Notes: generated from the sequence alone by a model not told the origin. 64,000 nucleotides of DNA from Paragordius varius (GCA_964247055.1 OZ176052.1:2976001-3040000); one strand, 5' to 3'. Numbered from the stretch's first letter, positions 26,323-40,336 are shown. Numbers and translations are program-made.

Positions 26323-26676
26323 GACGCCATTTTTATTTTGGAAATTTTGCAAAATAGGTGTTCATATAATTTTAAAGGTAAAATTTAACTTTTTTTATTT
26401 AAATTACATCTAACATCGATAGAATGGAAAAAGTGGTTTATTTATTAATCACAAACCCATCTTACGTTTGGGTTTCATATATAAATGAGTAATATCTATT
26501 ATTTTTATAAAAAATTATATATTTCGGTTTATTAATGTTATATAAGTGCAAAATTTTGCCATGGTTTTGATTCCTTCCATATTTTTTAAAGTATTTAATT
26601 TTAAACAGACCTGGGGTATTTGACTACCCCAATTTGAATCGAAGGATTAAATGAATGTGTTGTATCCAAGTGTTAA
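26323..26676. repeat. Dispersed repeat (family R0), copy 2
   Basis: Colinear similarity to 1..393. Confidence 0.8.
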
Positions 26677-28533
26677 ATAAATATTTTATGATAGAAAGGA
26701 GAATATTCGAGAATATATATGATTTGAATTGAATAGTAACATATCAAAAATCTTGAAATTAGCACGCTTAATATGCTAATATATTTTTGGTACAAATTTG
26801 TTTCGACCGTAAAATTTATATTAAAATGTTTTATAAATAAAAGGCAATATGTACACTAGTACATAGACTAGTTCTTAAAGTATGAAAGCTCAGTTAAAAA
26901 TACCAGTATACCCACTCTTCATGCTATAAATTATTGTAAGCAAATTATCCATTTTTCGAAAAAATTTTTGATGTGAAAAAATTTAGCATATATAAAAAAT
27001 TTTATCTCCAAAAATAGGCTCTTTTGCCTCTATTTAAGAAAACTTGTCCATTTTGGACGAGTAAAAATAAAGGTCAGCCCACATCTTTAATTTAAAATAT
27101 TATAAAAATATATTTTTCTTTTTATATGTAGTTTAAAATATTTTATTAATATTTTTGAAATGAAGTATTTAACTTTCACGAAAATTTTTTATAAGTGCAA
27201 ATTTGGCCGTTTTCTGATATGGAGCAGTTACCCAACTGTTTAAATTTTATAAAGTCACTCGGCCCGAACCAAACGCCTCATGATAATCCTGATGCATTTT
27301 CTATCAGAATATCCCTATTTTATTTTTTTTGTAAACAGTGTAAGGAAATATATTTCTTTAAATGACTGGTTATGTTACCAAAAACATCATGAAATCCTGA
27401 TCATTTTTCTATCTTATTTTATATATTTCATTAAGTTATGTTTCATTTGTGCACTATATCATTAATATACCTGGAAAATCGTGTCTTAATGGAAATTTGT
27501 AGACCATATTAATTATGACGGTTTTTTAATATAAAAATAAGCCGATCATAGAGGTCTCATTTTTTTAAATTGGCCCTTTACGACCAATTCTCTCTAATAA
27601 ATGGTTTTTTAAAAAAATTTAAGACTCTCAAATCGTGTTTTAAAACCAGAAAATGTCAAGTCAAATTTAATTATGGTCAAACGCTTTGTTCTGAACGCAA
27701 AAGTGCTTTAAAAAATGTTAAAAAATAAAAACATGAATTTCAATCAAAATTTACGATTATTTGGAAATAAATCATCCAAAATTGGCTTATAATAATTATT
27801 AAAATACCAATGATTAACAAATCAGTTCGCAAAGACATTTGTGTTTGACACCCCTGGTCTAAAACATTTGTTTAAATTTGCGAATATGGACGAGCCTGTG
27901 ATCTCCAGGCGCAAATTACGTTTTTTTGCAACAAAACCAAGCTCCCATTGATAGAGAGTTAATAACGTATAAGACTGTCCATATGACTAATTTACATAGG
28001 CATTTCTCTCGTAAAAAATATACGAAAGAGTTCCTTTTGTAAATAGCTTCTGGGTATTATTACCAGATTGAAAAAAGTTTCCAAATCGTATCTTTGTTCC
28101 AATTTTCATGAAAACGTGTAGCCTCATAAGATCAGTCTAATGAATAAATTGTGCCCAATTACTATATTATATATATAAAAGCTTCACAGATGTCTTCAGA
28201 AATGAATATAACTGAAACAAGATGAAACAATACCATAAATTTTCAAATCATAATTATTGTGTTAAACCAGGTTAAAAGAATCTCAGGTCTGAGATAGTTG
28301 AGCCGTATTATATGTTATTATCAGTAAATCTACGTGAATGTGCCCATTATACTCTTTTGTTTATAAAAAAAAGTGCTTATTAAAATTAAAACCACACTAA
28401 TTTATTCTCAAAATTTATGATGTTTTGCCCTTTAGAATGAAGTTTCTTCTACACATCGTATGTGCCACAATTTACCAAGAATTTAAAATCTTTAATTCAA
28501 ATTACTAAACAACAATGTGTGGCACTGATAAAT

Positions 28534-31500
28534 TTATTTTTTGTACAAAATAGATTTTGTCATATTTTTCCTGAATATTTTCAAAGATTTTTCGTATAAA
28601 GGTTGGAGTTGATCAAGTGGTATTAATTTATCATTTGAAACATTCGTATCAGATGAAGGACTAGGTAAAGGTTGACAAAAACTATCAAACGTGGATTCAT
28701 TACACCATTCAGCTTTGCAAAACATTGCCTTAAAGTTTGGAAGCTAAATGCAATTACAACCATTATTAACTATACCATAAATATTTATATAAAATAAAAT
28801 TCACAGTCATTATAACGTTAAATAACAATAATGAAATCAGATATATAATTAGAAGAATATAATTTGGTAAAAAATTGGTAATCTCAAAATTTTTGAAGTA
28901 ATTGAGAACATCAATCATTTACTAATCCTTAAGTTTTAAATAATACCAATTTTAAAAAATATAATGACCCTTATTGTTTTACAAAAATAATTAAATTTTG
29001 TGTGGATATCAAAGATCTCACTATATCTTATTAACAAAATTTTACTGTAACAAGTTAATTTAAATAATTGCATTTTATAACAAACATAAGTTATTATGTC
29101 TTTATCAGACTGGCATATTTCAAAAAAATTATTATGGCAAACTATTTTTGGCTAAATAAGACTAGCATTTAGAAAATCAACCTTATTATTAAATCAATTA
29201 GTATATTTTAACAGGTTTTATATGCTCAAAACAATTTAATACAATTTAGGGGTAAAAATTAATTGCATAATATCTCATTTGAACAGCTTTTTCCATATAA
29301 TATACATAAAATTTGTTTGTTATTCTAAATTATGATTAAAAAAGATGTATTTTCTTTAAAAATTAATATTATCAATATATTAAATTTTTTTATACTCAAA
29401 AGTTAAATTTTTTTAAATAATATCTAAAACAATACTTGATTTTCCTCAACTAAGGTAAAAGCAAACCCTTGTTTACCAGCTCTGGCTGTTCGACCGCATC
29501 GATGAACATAATTTTTTATCTTGATGGGCACATCGTAATTCACAATTATCAAAGGGAAAAAATTATTTTTATAATCTTTTTTATCAGGTTGACAAATATT
29601 TGAATTTGTTTTCAAAGCAATTTTATCATTTATATTGATATCCATGCCTCTTGCCATAAGGTCCGAACATATCAGTACTTTAAGCTAAATATAAATATAG
29701 TCAAATGTTGTTGTAAAAGCAGAAACCGTAGTTTATTTAAATTTAAGCATATTACCAGCACGGGAGACAAAATGCAAAAAATATTTTTTGGGCACTTTTT
29801 TAAGAAAAATGATTTAGTTTTAAAAATGCGTTTTTGTATTTGTATCGGTATACTATATATAAAAATAGTCTGAAGAGGTTTTCAAATATTATATTTGTGC
29901 CCGAAAATATTTTAAAATTTTTTTGTCATTTTATATGGATAAATAGTATTGCATAAAAAGAGAAAAAGTAATCTTTTGAAAGAGCCCTACTAAAGGATTG
30001 ACCGTATAATTTTTATCATTTAAAAAATTTAAAATGGAGTTTGGAATAGCAGGCATAATTAAAAGTCAAATATTAGGTGATATCCTTATACATTTATATT
30101 TTAAATCACAAAAAAAAACATATTTGTTGGACTTACATTGTGTACAAGAAGAGATGATGAACAATTATTTTTACGTTTTTTGGATGTGGTGGATAATGCA
30201 TTATTTGGTGATGATTGTAGTAAATTAATATTACTAGGTGCTTGAAATTGTTGTAAAATGCGACGATTTCTAAGCGCTTCGTTTCGACTTATAATGTGAC
30301 TTACTTTTTCTGCCAATACCCCAGAAAGATTGAGTAATTGAGCCAAGCTATATTTCATACAGCATGAAATAAGGTGTTATTATTACATACACTTTTTTAT
30401 ATAAAATGATGAAAAATTACCATTTACAGTTCAAATTGACCCCTAAACAATTTAAATTCACCCTCGAACAATTAAACTTCACCCTTAAACAATTCAACAC
30501 CCTTAAACATTTTAAATTCACCCTTATACAATTCAAATTCACCCTGAACAATTCACACCCTCGAACAATCAACTTCACCCTTGAATAATTCAAATTCACC
30601 CTCGAACAATTCGAATTCACCTAAAATAAATTATGTGTCCTTAAATTTAAAAATTACCTATATTTTTTAATATTTTTATAAAATGAAGTTTTTAAAATTA
30701 ATATAATACTGAAAAAATAACAAACTATGCCATAAGAATATATTTTATATTAATGATGAGTTATATTAGCCCGAAAACACATAATTTATTTTTAGGGTCA
30801 AGAATTGTTCAAGGGTGAATATGAATTGTTTAAGAGTGAATATGAATTGTTTAAGGGTGAATATGAATTGTTCAAGGGTCAATATGAATTGTTTAAGGGT
30901 GAATATGAATTGTTCAAGGGTGAATATGAATTGTTCAAGGGTCAATATGAATTGTTTAAGGGTGAATATGAATTGTTCAAGGGTGAATATGAATTGTTCA
31001 AGGGTGAATATGAATTGTTAAAGGGTGAATATGAATTGTTTAAAGGTGAATTCGAATTGTTTAAGGGTGAATTTAAATTGTTTAAGGGTGAATTTGAATT
31101 GTTTAAGGGAGAATTTGAATTGTTAGAGGGTGAATTTGAATTGTTCGAGGGTGAATTTGAATTGTAAATGGTTTATTTGAGATGTAAGAATATACTTAAC
31201 TTTTTATAAGATTTAAGTAGGGACCGCATAAAATTTTATACTCTTAAATGATTTTTAAATAATAGTACTTATCAGTCGGTATAAAAATATGATAATAACT
31301 TTCTTAAAAAAAATTGGATATATTCGCAAAAAAGTTCTATAATTCCAAACATATAATAAATGGCTTAATTTTTACAAGCTTATTTCACAATTTGTCTGAA
31401 ATTCAATAGGTGTAAAAAGATTAAAAGATTAAGATGTTTTATAATATAAATACAACACAAAAAGAGGTTTAAATAATAATAATAGGTGAGCAAGATGATG

Positions 31501-33994
31501 TATGCAAGATTATATTAGGAAATTTTTCATTTTGGTTGAACAAAATTTAAGCAAATATGTAACAGAAAAATATACCGTATACTAGCCTGAGTTGATTTAG
31601 TAAAACAAAGTATCCGAAATTCTGTGTCGGTGAATTGATCCGATTCATTGGAACATATGGAAGTTTTTATCTAAAATTTTAATTTCATAAAATTAGGATT
31701 ATAAAAACTGACAGTAAATAAATATAAGTGCAACATAAACACGGTTCCATCAGTATATTGCGATTAAAAACATTTAATTGATATAAAACTTATATAAATC
31801 AACTTATTAACTTATTTAATTGTCCAAAACATAAAAAATAAGATGAAATTTGAAGATAAATATTGATTTTAGTGTTCCTTAAATATTTACATTTAGTATG
31901 AAAGTTATTTAATCTTGTTTAATTTTATAAAAAGAAAGCCAAGTTTAAATAGTACCAATGTTTTGAGGTTTGTCAAAAACCATAGGAAATATAAGGGTTT
32001 GACAGTCTTCTCCGGACACTCCAAATAGTATTGATGTAAACTGGGTGGTAAGGTATATTTAATAACTACTGGAACATTATCCATATTTTGATCATTTGAG
32101 ACATTTCTTATTAGATGATGATTATATATATATATATATATATAATTAGTAAAATACGGACAAAACGTATGTAAAAATATAAAGATAAAAACTTTTTTTG
32201 CAAAAAACAACCGTACTTTATTAAACTCTAATTTATCTTATTAAAACCATTAATAACAATCGATATGTTATTTGCGTTACCAAAATAAGTCTCTATTTTA
32301 TAAGTTACAGTTCTAAACAATGAGTTATATTTTAAATATTTAAGGCTAAAAAGTATGGTTGTCTTTTAGAAAAGAATATTTGTCTTTATATTTTTACATT
32401 TCCGTATAATTTTAATTTTTACTGTAATTCATAAATAACTTGTTTTTTAAAAGGCACAATTGAATGGAAATATATTTTTATAATAATTAAAAGTTAACTT
32501 AAAATAGTCATTACAAAATACAATAAACCTATTTGTATGGGCTTTGAAACCAAAAATAATCAATGATCAATTAACCAAGTAAAAAACTTTTTTAATATAA
32601 TAAATTAAGAAATTTAATATGTTTTTTGTGTAACTTTTGATTCCTTAACATATTAATCTACCAAAAAATTAAAGTAAATTTATATACTCATATTAATCCT
32701 GCATTAAAATTTTCTGCAAGTTAAATTTAATTTAAAACAATAAAAGGATCCCATAATTTTTACAAAAGTAGTATCTTATATAAATTTAAAACCCAGATTT
32801 TTGTGCAATGGCTTCACACATAATTGGTCGGAAAAGATCAAGCTTAGCCAACTGTACAGGATCATTAGAAAACGTGGCAGAAAAAAGGAGTTTTTGAGGT
32901 GGTCTAGTATGAGAATTAGCAATCATATCATTTTTAAGATTTTTTAAGTTATCATTATCACAATCACAATTAGAATTATATGGGTTATTTTGAATAGCAT
33001 TGTTTAAATGATATAACCAATCTTGTTTAACATCTTGCAATAATCTGTCAGCCTCATCAATAACTAAAAATCTATAGTAGGAAAAAGGGTAAAATTTAGC
33101 AATAAAAAAATATAAAGCAAGAACTAAACCAATTTTTAGTTAAATTCTAGTGTGGCATATTTTGTGCCAAAACACGGTTCTTGACGAAATGGTTTTTCCA
33201 GTTTCAAAGATTTTTTAGCTAAAAATTTTTTTTTGATTAGAGTTCTATTAAAATTCCCAATATTATAACAGATAACATAAACATACTTAGTGCAATCAAC
33301 AAATAAAATACTATATTCCTTTAAAATATATTTCTAAAAAATAAATAACAATATGATCCATAAAAAATGGGGAAAAAATAGAGGAAAAATAAATTAAACG
33401 GCAATTGGACTTTTCCAAACCCTGATAATTAATTTATATAATTTCAAAAGATCTCCACCCATGTTAAAATAATTAAAACGATACATTTTAATCTGGTTTA
33501 AGGTGTTGAATTCAATATATAAAAATCACAAATTTGTATGTTTTGGTATTAAACAATTTTTTTAACAAAAGAAGTGGTTTTACCCTCTCAAAAAATCAAT
33601 AAATTTATCCAATAAGCCCTAAATTAAGTAACTGCTTACTCTAAAGAGGATAAATCAAATCCCGGTGTGTGATAAATATGATCAATTAATCGCCCAGGTG
33701 TGCTTATAACTATATCAGCATTACATTGTGGTTCCGAAAGGGACATGTAACCAAACATATCATTGTTTAAAGTTATAAAATCGTTATCGCTCCTATCAAA
33801 GTAACCCATATTATTTTGATGAAATTGTAATTCAGCACTGTGTGTTAAGTCTGGGGATCTACCACCCTTGTACAAAATGTTTCGTTCAGTTTCAATATTT
33901 TGATTTCCAGACAATAAAACAATCTAGTGTAAGAATATTATTAAAGCTAATGTTTTTTAATTATCAATCCATATAGATTTTATAATGTTGATTG

Positions 33995-34033
<39 letters not shown>

Positions 34034-34714
34034 CCATTTTTTAGTAATCAACCAACGGAGACGCTAAAAATAATATATTTATTTAAAAAATGGATGATAC
34101 ATTTATATGAAAAAAATTTAAGAAATATCATAACTATCCTATAATTGACAAAGAGGTTTCAATTAATATAGTCAAATAATTAAATTAAAATACTTTAATA
34201 TTCATGTTTCGGGTATATTGCACAAAAACTCGATAAACTTGATGAGCCAATTCCTTGGTCGGTAGCAGTATAAGAGCTCTTATTGGCTTAATTTTTAGGT
34301 TGTTAGTATGGTTTTTTTCAAATATATTGATAATTGGTAAAGCGTAGGCCAGCGTTTTACCGCTCCCTGTCGGTGCTTTAACACAAATATCTCTTGGGCG
34401 ATAACAAGCATTCAACACGGGTGAATAATTATGTAACAATTTGAATATTACGCATCTTTGAACAGGGAATAGATGATTAATTTTATTTTCTTTAAGTAAT
34501 GTGCGGAGTGTTGGACACAAAAGTTTTTTAATTTGCTTAAGGTTATATCCTTCAAAGTCAGATTTATCAGCCGGATCTAAAGAAAATTTGAAAGAATGTT
34601 CCATCCATATAGGTCTAACATTTTTAATCTTGACATTATATATAGCTTAAAAAGCAATACCTTCTCGACCGCTAATATTTTTGGTTCTTTTATCAAATCA
34701 AATCCTTCTCCCAT
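28534..34714 (-). CDS. DDX51: DEAD-box RNA helicase DDX51/Dbp6-like, about 655 aa; exons 34714..34661, 34628..34194, 33923..33640, 33071..32793, 32106..31956, 31670..31576, 30347..30137, 29684..29436, 28743..28534
   Basis: Phase-consistent GT-AG introns. Motifs FPVQ, RPRDICVKAPTGSGKT, LPTKELA, STPGRL, DEAD, QKLLFSAT, LCFT, ARGMD and YVHRCGRTARAG. The first exon and the 32-nt intron are less certain (alternative start at ATG 34604). Confidence 0.9.
30419..31172. mobile_element. Foldback-like MITE family R2, expanded copy (DDX51 intron)
   Basis: TIR ACCATTTACA(G/A)TTCAAATT; inverted 21-bp arrays (TGTTCAAGGGTGAATATGAAT) of roughly 9 units left and 17 units right around an AT-rich core. Confidence 0.9.
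32147..32424. mobile_element. TA-flanked MITE family R3 (DDX51 intron)
   Basis: Ends (C/T)AGTAAAA...TTTTACTG with inverted ACAACC/GGTTGT and TACGGA/TCCGTA blocks; related to 59887..60150 and 41527. Confidence 0.65.
33997..34031. repeat. (TA)n microsatellite (similar tracts near 10219, 32123, 35651, 40296, 43838, 52841 and 60801)
   Basis: Direct dinucleotide run. Confidence 0.95.
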
Positions 34715-34802
34715 TCTACCACCACGCTATCGACTTGTACATTCCTTTTTGCATATGTATGAGTTTGATTTATCAAAGTAAAAAAATCTTGATTGATTTG
34801 AT
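34715..34802. promoter_or_regulatory. Putative bidirectional promoter / 5' UTR region between DDX51 and CDK8
   Basis: 88 bp separate the divergent predicted start codons at 34714 (-) and 34803 (+). Confidence 0.55.
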
Positions 34803-35647
34803 ATGAATCCAGACTTTAAACAGCGTACAAATGCATTACGTGTTACTGTGGATGATATGTTTAGTTATGAAGGTTGTAAAGTAGGTCGAGGGACTTATGG
34901 TCACGTCTACAAAGCTAAAAGTAAACAACAAAATAATGCGGATGCCGGTAGTAATCGTGAATATGCTCTTAAATTGATTGAAGGAACTGGTATCTCAATG
35001 TCAGCATGTCGGGAAATCGCTTTATTAAGGGAATTAGATCATCCCAATGTCATATGTTTGAATAGAGTATTCCTTTCTCACGCAGATCGCAAAGTATATG
35101 AATATCAATTAATTTATCGATTTGTACAAAAAATATTTATGCGCATGATTATAGATGTATCCGTATAACTAAAGTAGCTATGGTTCAAATAATTTGTCAT
35201 GTAGCAGACTTTATGCCATTTAAGTCTCAGAAACTCTTATATTTATTTTTTAAATTTTAGCGAAAAAAAAGTAGGCTCTAAAAAATTTATTTCTTCTTTG
35301 TTTAAATAGTTGAAACTGTAATAATTGAAATTTCTAAAATTTTTATATATCCTCTTTTTATATGCCTCTTTTTCTCAAAGATTTTTTTGTAAAATCTGAA
35401 TTTTTTTGGATTGTAATAATTTTTTATAAAAAAATAAATTACATCACAATCTATACCAGGTCTGGTTACTATTTGATTATGCGGAACACGATTTATGGCA
35501 CATTATAAAATTTCATCGGAGCAGTAAAGCCAACAAAAAAGTTATATCCGTTCCTAAAAGTATGGTTAAAAGTTTGCTTTATCAAATTTTGGATGGTATA
35601 AATTATTTACATAATAATTGGATACTCCATCGTGATCTTGTAAGTAA

Positions 35648-35684
<37 letters not shown>

Positions 35685-38600
35685 ATAATTTTTTAAGGGG
35701 GGGGGATATATTAGTTTTTCACTTTTTATAGTTATCATTGTGATTTATTTTAGACGTTAAATTTGGGAATCTTCAAAAAACGTAGAAATTAATATATATA
35801 ATTTTTTGAAATTAATTTTCCCTTTAGAATTTAATACTATGTCAGTTTTATATTTTATATGGTTTACTGTATTTTAAAATTTAAAACAATATTTGCTTTT
35901 ATAGAAAAATAGTATATAATTCAATTTTATCAATTATGCATGTATATTTTTGGATATTTGTTTATTGTATCAAGTAATTAGGTTATCTCTTATTTTATTA
36001 CAAATGTTAACCAAAATATAAATTCCAATTGGTAAAACAACTGGAACAATTGGTTTAAAACAATTTTTTGATAATGAATGATAAGAATTTATAACTGTAA
36101 AAAGACTTAAAATTTTAAATTCCCATCGTTTAACTACTTCTATTTATATTATGAATATTGATATAATAAAATAATTTTTTTCCGTTTGTTGTGATATAGA
36201 AACCAGCCAATATTCTCGTTATGGGCGATGTTAATTTCATGTACATTAGTGAACATTTTAACGGTGGTTTTCCGGTTAAACAACGCGGCCTAGTCAAAGT
36301 TGCCGATATGGGTTTTGCCCGAATCTTTAATTGTCCGCTAAAACCGCTCGCTGACTTGGACCCTGTTGTAGTTACTTTTTGGTACAGAGCTCCTGAGCTA
36401 CTCCTAGGTGCTAGGCATTATACCAAGGCAATAGGTAAGTATTTTTATGATATTAGTTTGAAAATTAAGTTGTTTAAAGTCTTTCAATTTTAGAGAGTGA
36501 TTATATGTAGTTTACAAATGGCTAGTATCGTTTAAGTAATATAACTGTCCAAATTTGTGCAGAATCCAAAATTATAATTTTTATATTTGTTACATATTTA
36601 AGCACATTAATAAATAAGTAAATTTATTTTATTACCAATAGATATTTGGGCGATTGGATGCATTTTTGCCGAACTTTTAACTTTTGAACCCATTTTTCAT
36701 TGCCGACAAGAGGATATAAAAACGAGTAATCCATATCACAAAGATCAACTTGATAGAATTTTCAATGTTATGGGATTCCCATTAGGTACTAACTATTTAG
36801 ATTTAAGGGTAAAATAAAACCTACGTTTTTTAAATTCTTCAAGTCAAAGTAGAAGGCTATCGATTTTTATTAATCATCCATAATTTATATCCTTTCTGTA
36901 TAAAATAGCCTATTTGATTAAGTTTGTTTTTTAATTTTAAATTGACTATTATATGGACATTAGTATAATATAGTTTTATTGTATATACAAAAATTAATGA
37001 TAATTTTTCCCTATATTTTGCTTATATAATTCTTTGTTGAACACGCAGAAAAGGATTGGGAAGATATAAGGAAAATGCCTGAACACTTGACACTCTTGAA
37101 AGATTTTAAACGTGCCAATTATTTGAATTGCAGCTTAGTGAAGTATATGGATAAATACAAAATTAAACCTGATAATTTGGCTTTTAAATTGGTATTTCTA
37201 AATTTTATATAATAAAACTGTCATATTTTTGATAATAATTAATATATTGTGCATTGGGAAGACAAACATTCTTTATAAAAACATGCATATTTTTAAAATC
37301 CTCTTTTTTAAATATGAATAGTAAAAATTGGTAAAACTTACAATCAAATAGCAAGCATTTAATTTTTATATAAAATAAAGGAGAAACGATTGTTTTCTAT
37401 ATAAAAAAATTTAGTTTTGTCTTTATAATTTTAATATTTAATTTGCATTAAATTTGACTTCCTAATCAATTTATATAATAATAAATAGCTATCTAAACTA
37501 TTAATCATGGATCCAGTTAAACGCATTACTGCCGAACAGGCTATGTCAGACCCATATTTTTTGGAAGATCCTTTGCCCACACGAGAGTATATCATATGTT
37601 TTTTTTGGATTAATATTGAAATATTATTTTTATGAAGACAATATCCGTATGAAATATCTTTGATTTCACAAATATTAACCATCTTTTTTGGTGTTTGTTT
37701 AATCCTTAATTTGATTAAATGGTTAATTTTTTTTAGCTTGCATTCGATTCCTACTGTAAAATGTTAAGTTTCTATATACAAAGTTTCATATAAAAGAAAT
37801 TGTTGTGTTGCGTGCCAACAAGCTCAAACTAAAAACTTTTTCAATTTCAACATCATCACTCCATATCTTGAGTGTAAGAACGGTTACATTATTTATTAGT
37901 AACCTAAATATCAAACGATAAGTATATGATGAATTCAAATAATATATATATATTAAAAAAAATCTTAATGTAAATGAAAAAAAAATAATTTTATATGATT
38001 AAAGTGTTTTTGATGGAATGCCCATCCCATATCCCAAAAGAGAATTTATTGCTGACGAGGAATCGGAGGACAAACAACAAATTGAACCAGGAAAAGTAAA
38101 ATTTTGTAGATATACCATTTGCACTTCAAGAGTGTCCTTGAACACTTCAAGTTGGTCCTTTGACTTTTTTTTGTTTTGTTTTAAACTTTATCAATCAAAT
38201 CGTATATCATTCATCTATTTTATCGTTTTTAACCTATTTTCTATTATTTAACATAAATTTTAAATCCATATGACACCTTTTCATCATTGAGAAACCGTAT
38301 AACTTTTTTAATTTCTTAAAATTATTTTGGATATTCAAGAGATTTTAACACGAAATGAAAAATTATATGAGTTTTCTGGGTTATTGATTACAATTTTTTA
38401 TTGAAAACATTTAAAATTAATAATTTTGATAAATTGGAAAAAAAATAGTTTGAAACAAAAAAGTGGTTTTTAAATAAAACTTTTTGTTTTTAAATGAATA
38501 AATATATCATAAATAAAGAAAATTAGGTTAATAAATAATAAAATAAAAAAATAAATGCAAAAATTATGGTCAACTCAAAATTTAAAAAGAACCAAAAACT

Positions 38601-40291
38601 GTTCAAGGACTAACTTGAAATGTTCAAGGACTAACTTGAAATGTTCAAGGACCAACTTGAAGTGTTCAAGGACACTCTTGAAGTGCAAATGGTATAATTT
38701 AGTACTAAGTATTAAGTTAAAATATAGTTTTACTAGTAAAATATTGAATAAATAATATTAAGAGAGCTTTGGTGTAAAATTTTAGCATTTTTAGAAAAAT
38801 GGCTCCATTGTTGTAAATTATATTTTTTTATCTAAAAAATTTTACATTACTGATGTTTATTCCTATCTATTGGTTAGAAATAATTTGTAAATGAAATATT
38901 TTCCAGAAGTAAACATTAAAACATACATATCATATAATTAAAATGTTATTACATTTCTTAATAAAATTAATAAAAAGTAATCTTATTCACCATGCCATTT
39001 TTGAAATTGTTCTTTCTAATTCACATTCTAACATTGAAAGATCTATTAGGCTTTAAACAAATTTGGACCTATATTGTAAATATTTCATGATCCCCAAAAA
39101 ATGTTTTAGGGCAAATTTGAATATTTTAATAAAATTTTATGTAATTAAACAATTATTTATTTTTGTTTGTGGTTGACATTAGATGCAAGCAAACGCAGCA
39201 GTCATGTTAAATAATGCTTTACAGAGTGGACAACAGCCACATCATATGCATGGGGCGAATTCTAATACCTTAAATTTGAATAATGTGCATAATAACCCAA
39301 CAAATCCCAATCCAAATCCCATGAATATTGTTAACACAAAAAATTTGCAAAATATGAATAATCAACAACCAACTCAAATGAATATAATGAATAATAATAA
39401 TAATAATATGAACTTGCAACAAAATCAAATGTACAACAAGCATCATAATCAAGGTAATATATATATAAAGGAGAGAAAAATATCTGACCTTTTATTTTAG
39501 TATTGGATTTATATTTTACAGTTACACCATTCGTCTTCCAAAGATTCATGCATGTTTTACTTAAATCCTCATATTAGTCAGCATTTTAAATTTTTTAATA
39601 TATATATTATTACTCTAATAATTTTAAATCAGAATGCCCCTAGCATATTTATATATTTTGCATGTTTTTGATTACTATCCAGTTTTTTCTTATTTAAAAA
39701 ATTATCTTTTGACTATTTTTTAAAAAATTTAAATCTCGCATTTTCAATTTTTAGCTGAAACTTATTTTTTACCCTTTAAAACCACATATATACAGTTTTA
39801 AAAAATTGTTTTTTTTTTCGTTTTTTAGCTGGCAATATAAACCCCCAATCTAGTATGTTAATGCAACAATCCGGACCCAAACGAATTTGTTTAGATCCAA
39901 ATATGAACAACAATAATAATGATAATGCCATGTTGAAATATCAATCTCAAAATCAATTATATCAAAATAATTCAAATTTAAATGCCAATAGTTTTGGCGT
40001 TTATAATCAAAATAATTTGAGCTCAGATCCTAATAATAATATAACTCATAACATGACAAGACAATTTAATCAAGGTATATTATTAATTTATAAAGTTTTA
40101 AAGACAAAACATAAAAGTCAAAGGCAAATACATCTTTCTAATAAAAACAACCATATATTTTCAATCATATAATTGTATTTAAAAAGTAAACTATTATTTA
40201 GGTGGCAAAATATATAGAGATGTAAATTAGTAACATTTTTAATTATATATTATTTGTAATCATATATAGAAATATAAAATCAAATATCTTA

Positions 40292-40336
<45 letters not shown>

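Noticed and set aside
30270-30304. 35-nt GTAAGT...TTAG candidate mini-intron in a DDX51 exon
   Set aside because: Splicing shifts the frame, while the unspliced reading aligns residue for residue with the helicase (…RNRRILQQF)
30406-31167. Heptad-repeat ORFs (FKGEYEL)n, (MNCSRVN)n and their antisense versions; also a CRISPR-like appearance
   Set aside because: These are by-products of the 21-bp R2 array in a DDX51 intron. The units are contiguous with no unique spacers, so it is not a CRISPR array
36230-36249. 20-nt GTTAAT...TTAG candidate mini-intron in the CDK8 insert
   Set aside because: Removal places TGA in frame before the DMG motif
38096-38755. C-terminal extension of ORF 38018..38251 and ORF 38555..38755 (similarly 58640..58846 and 59020..59223)
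   Set aside because: Read-through past the splice donor into R1 MITE sequence
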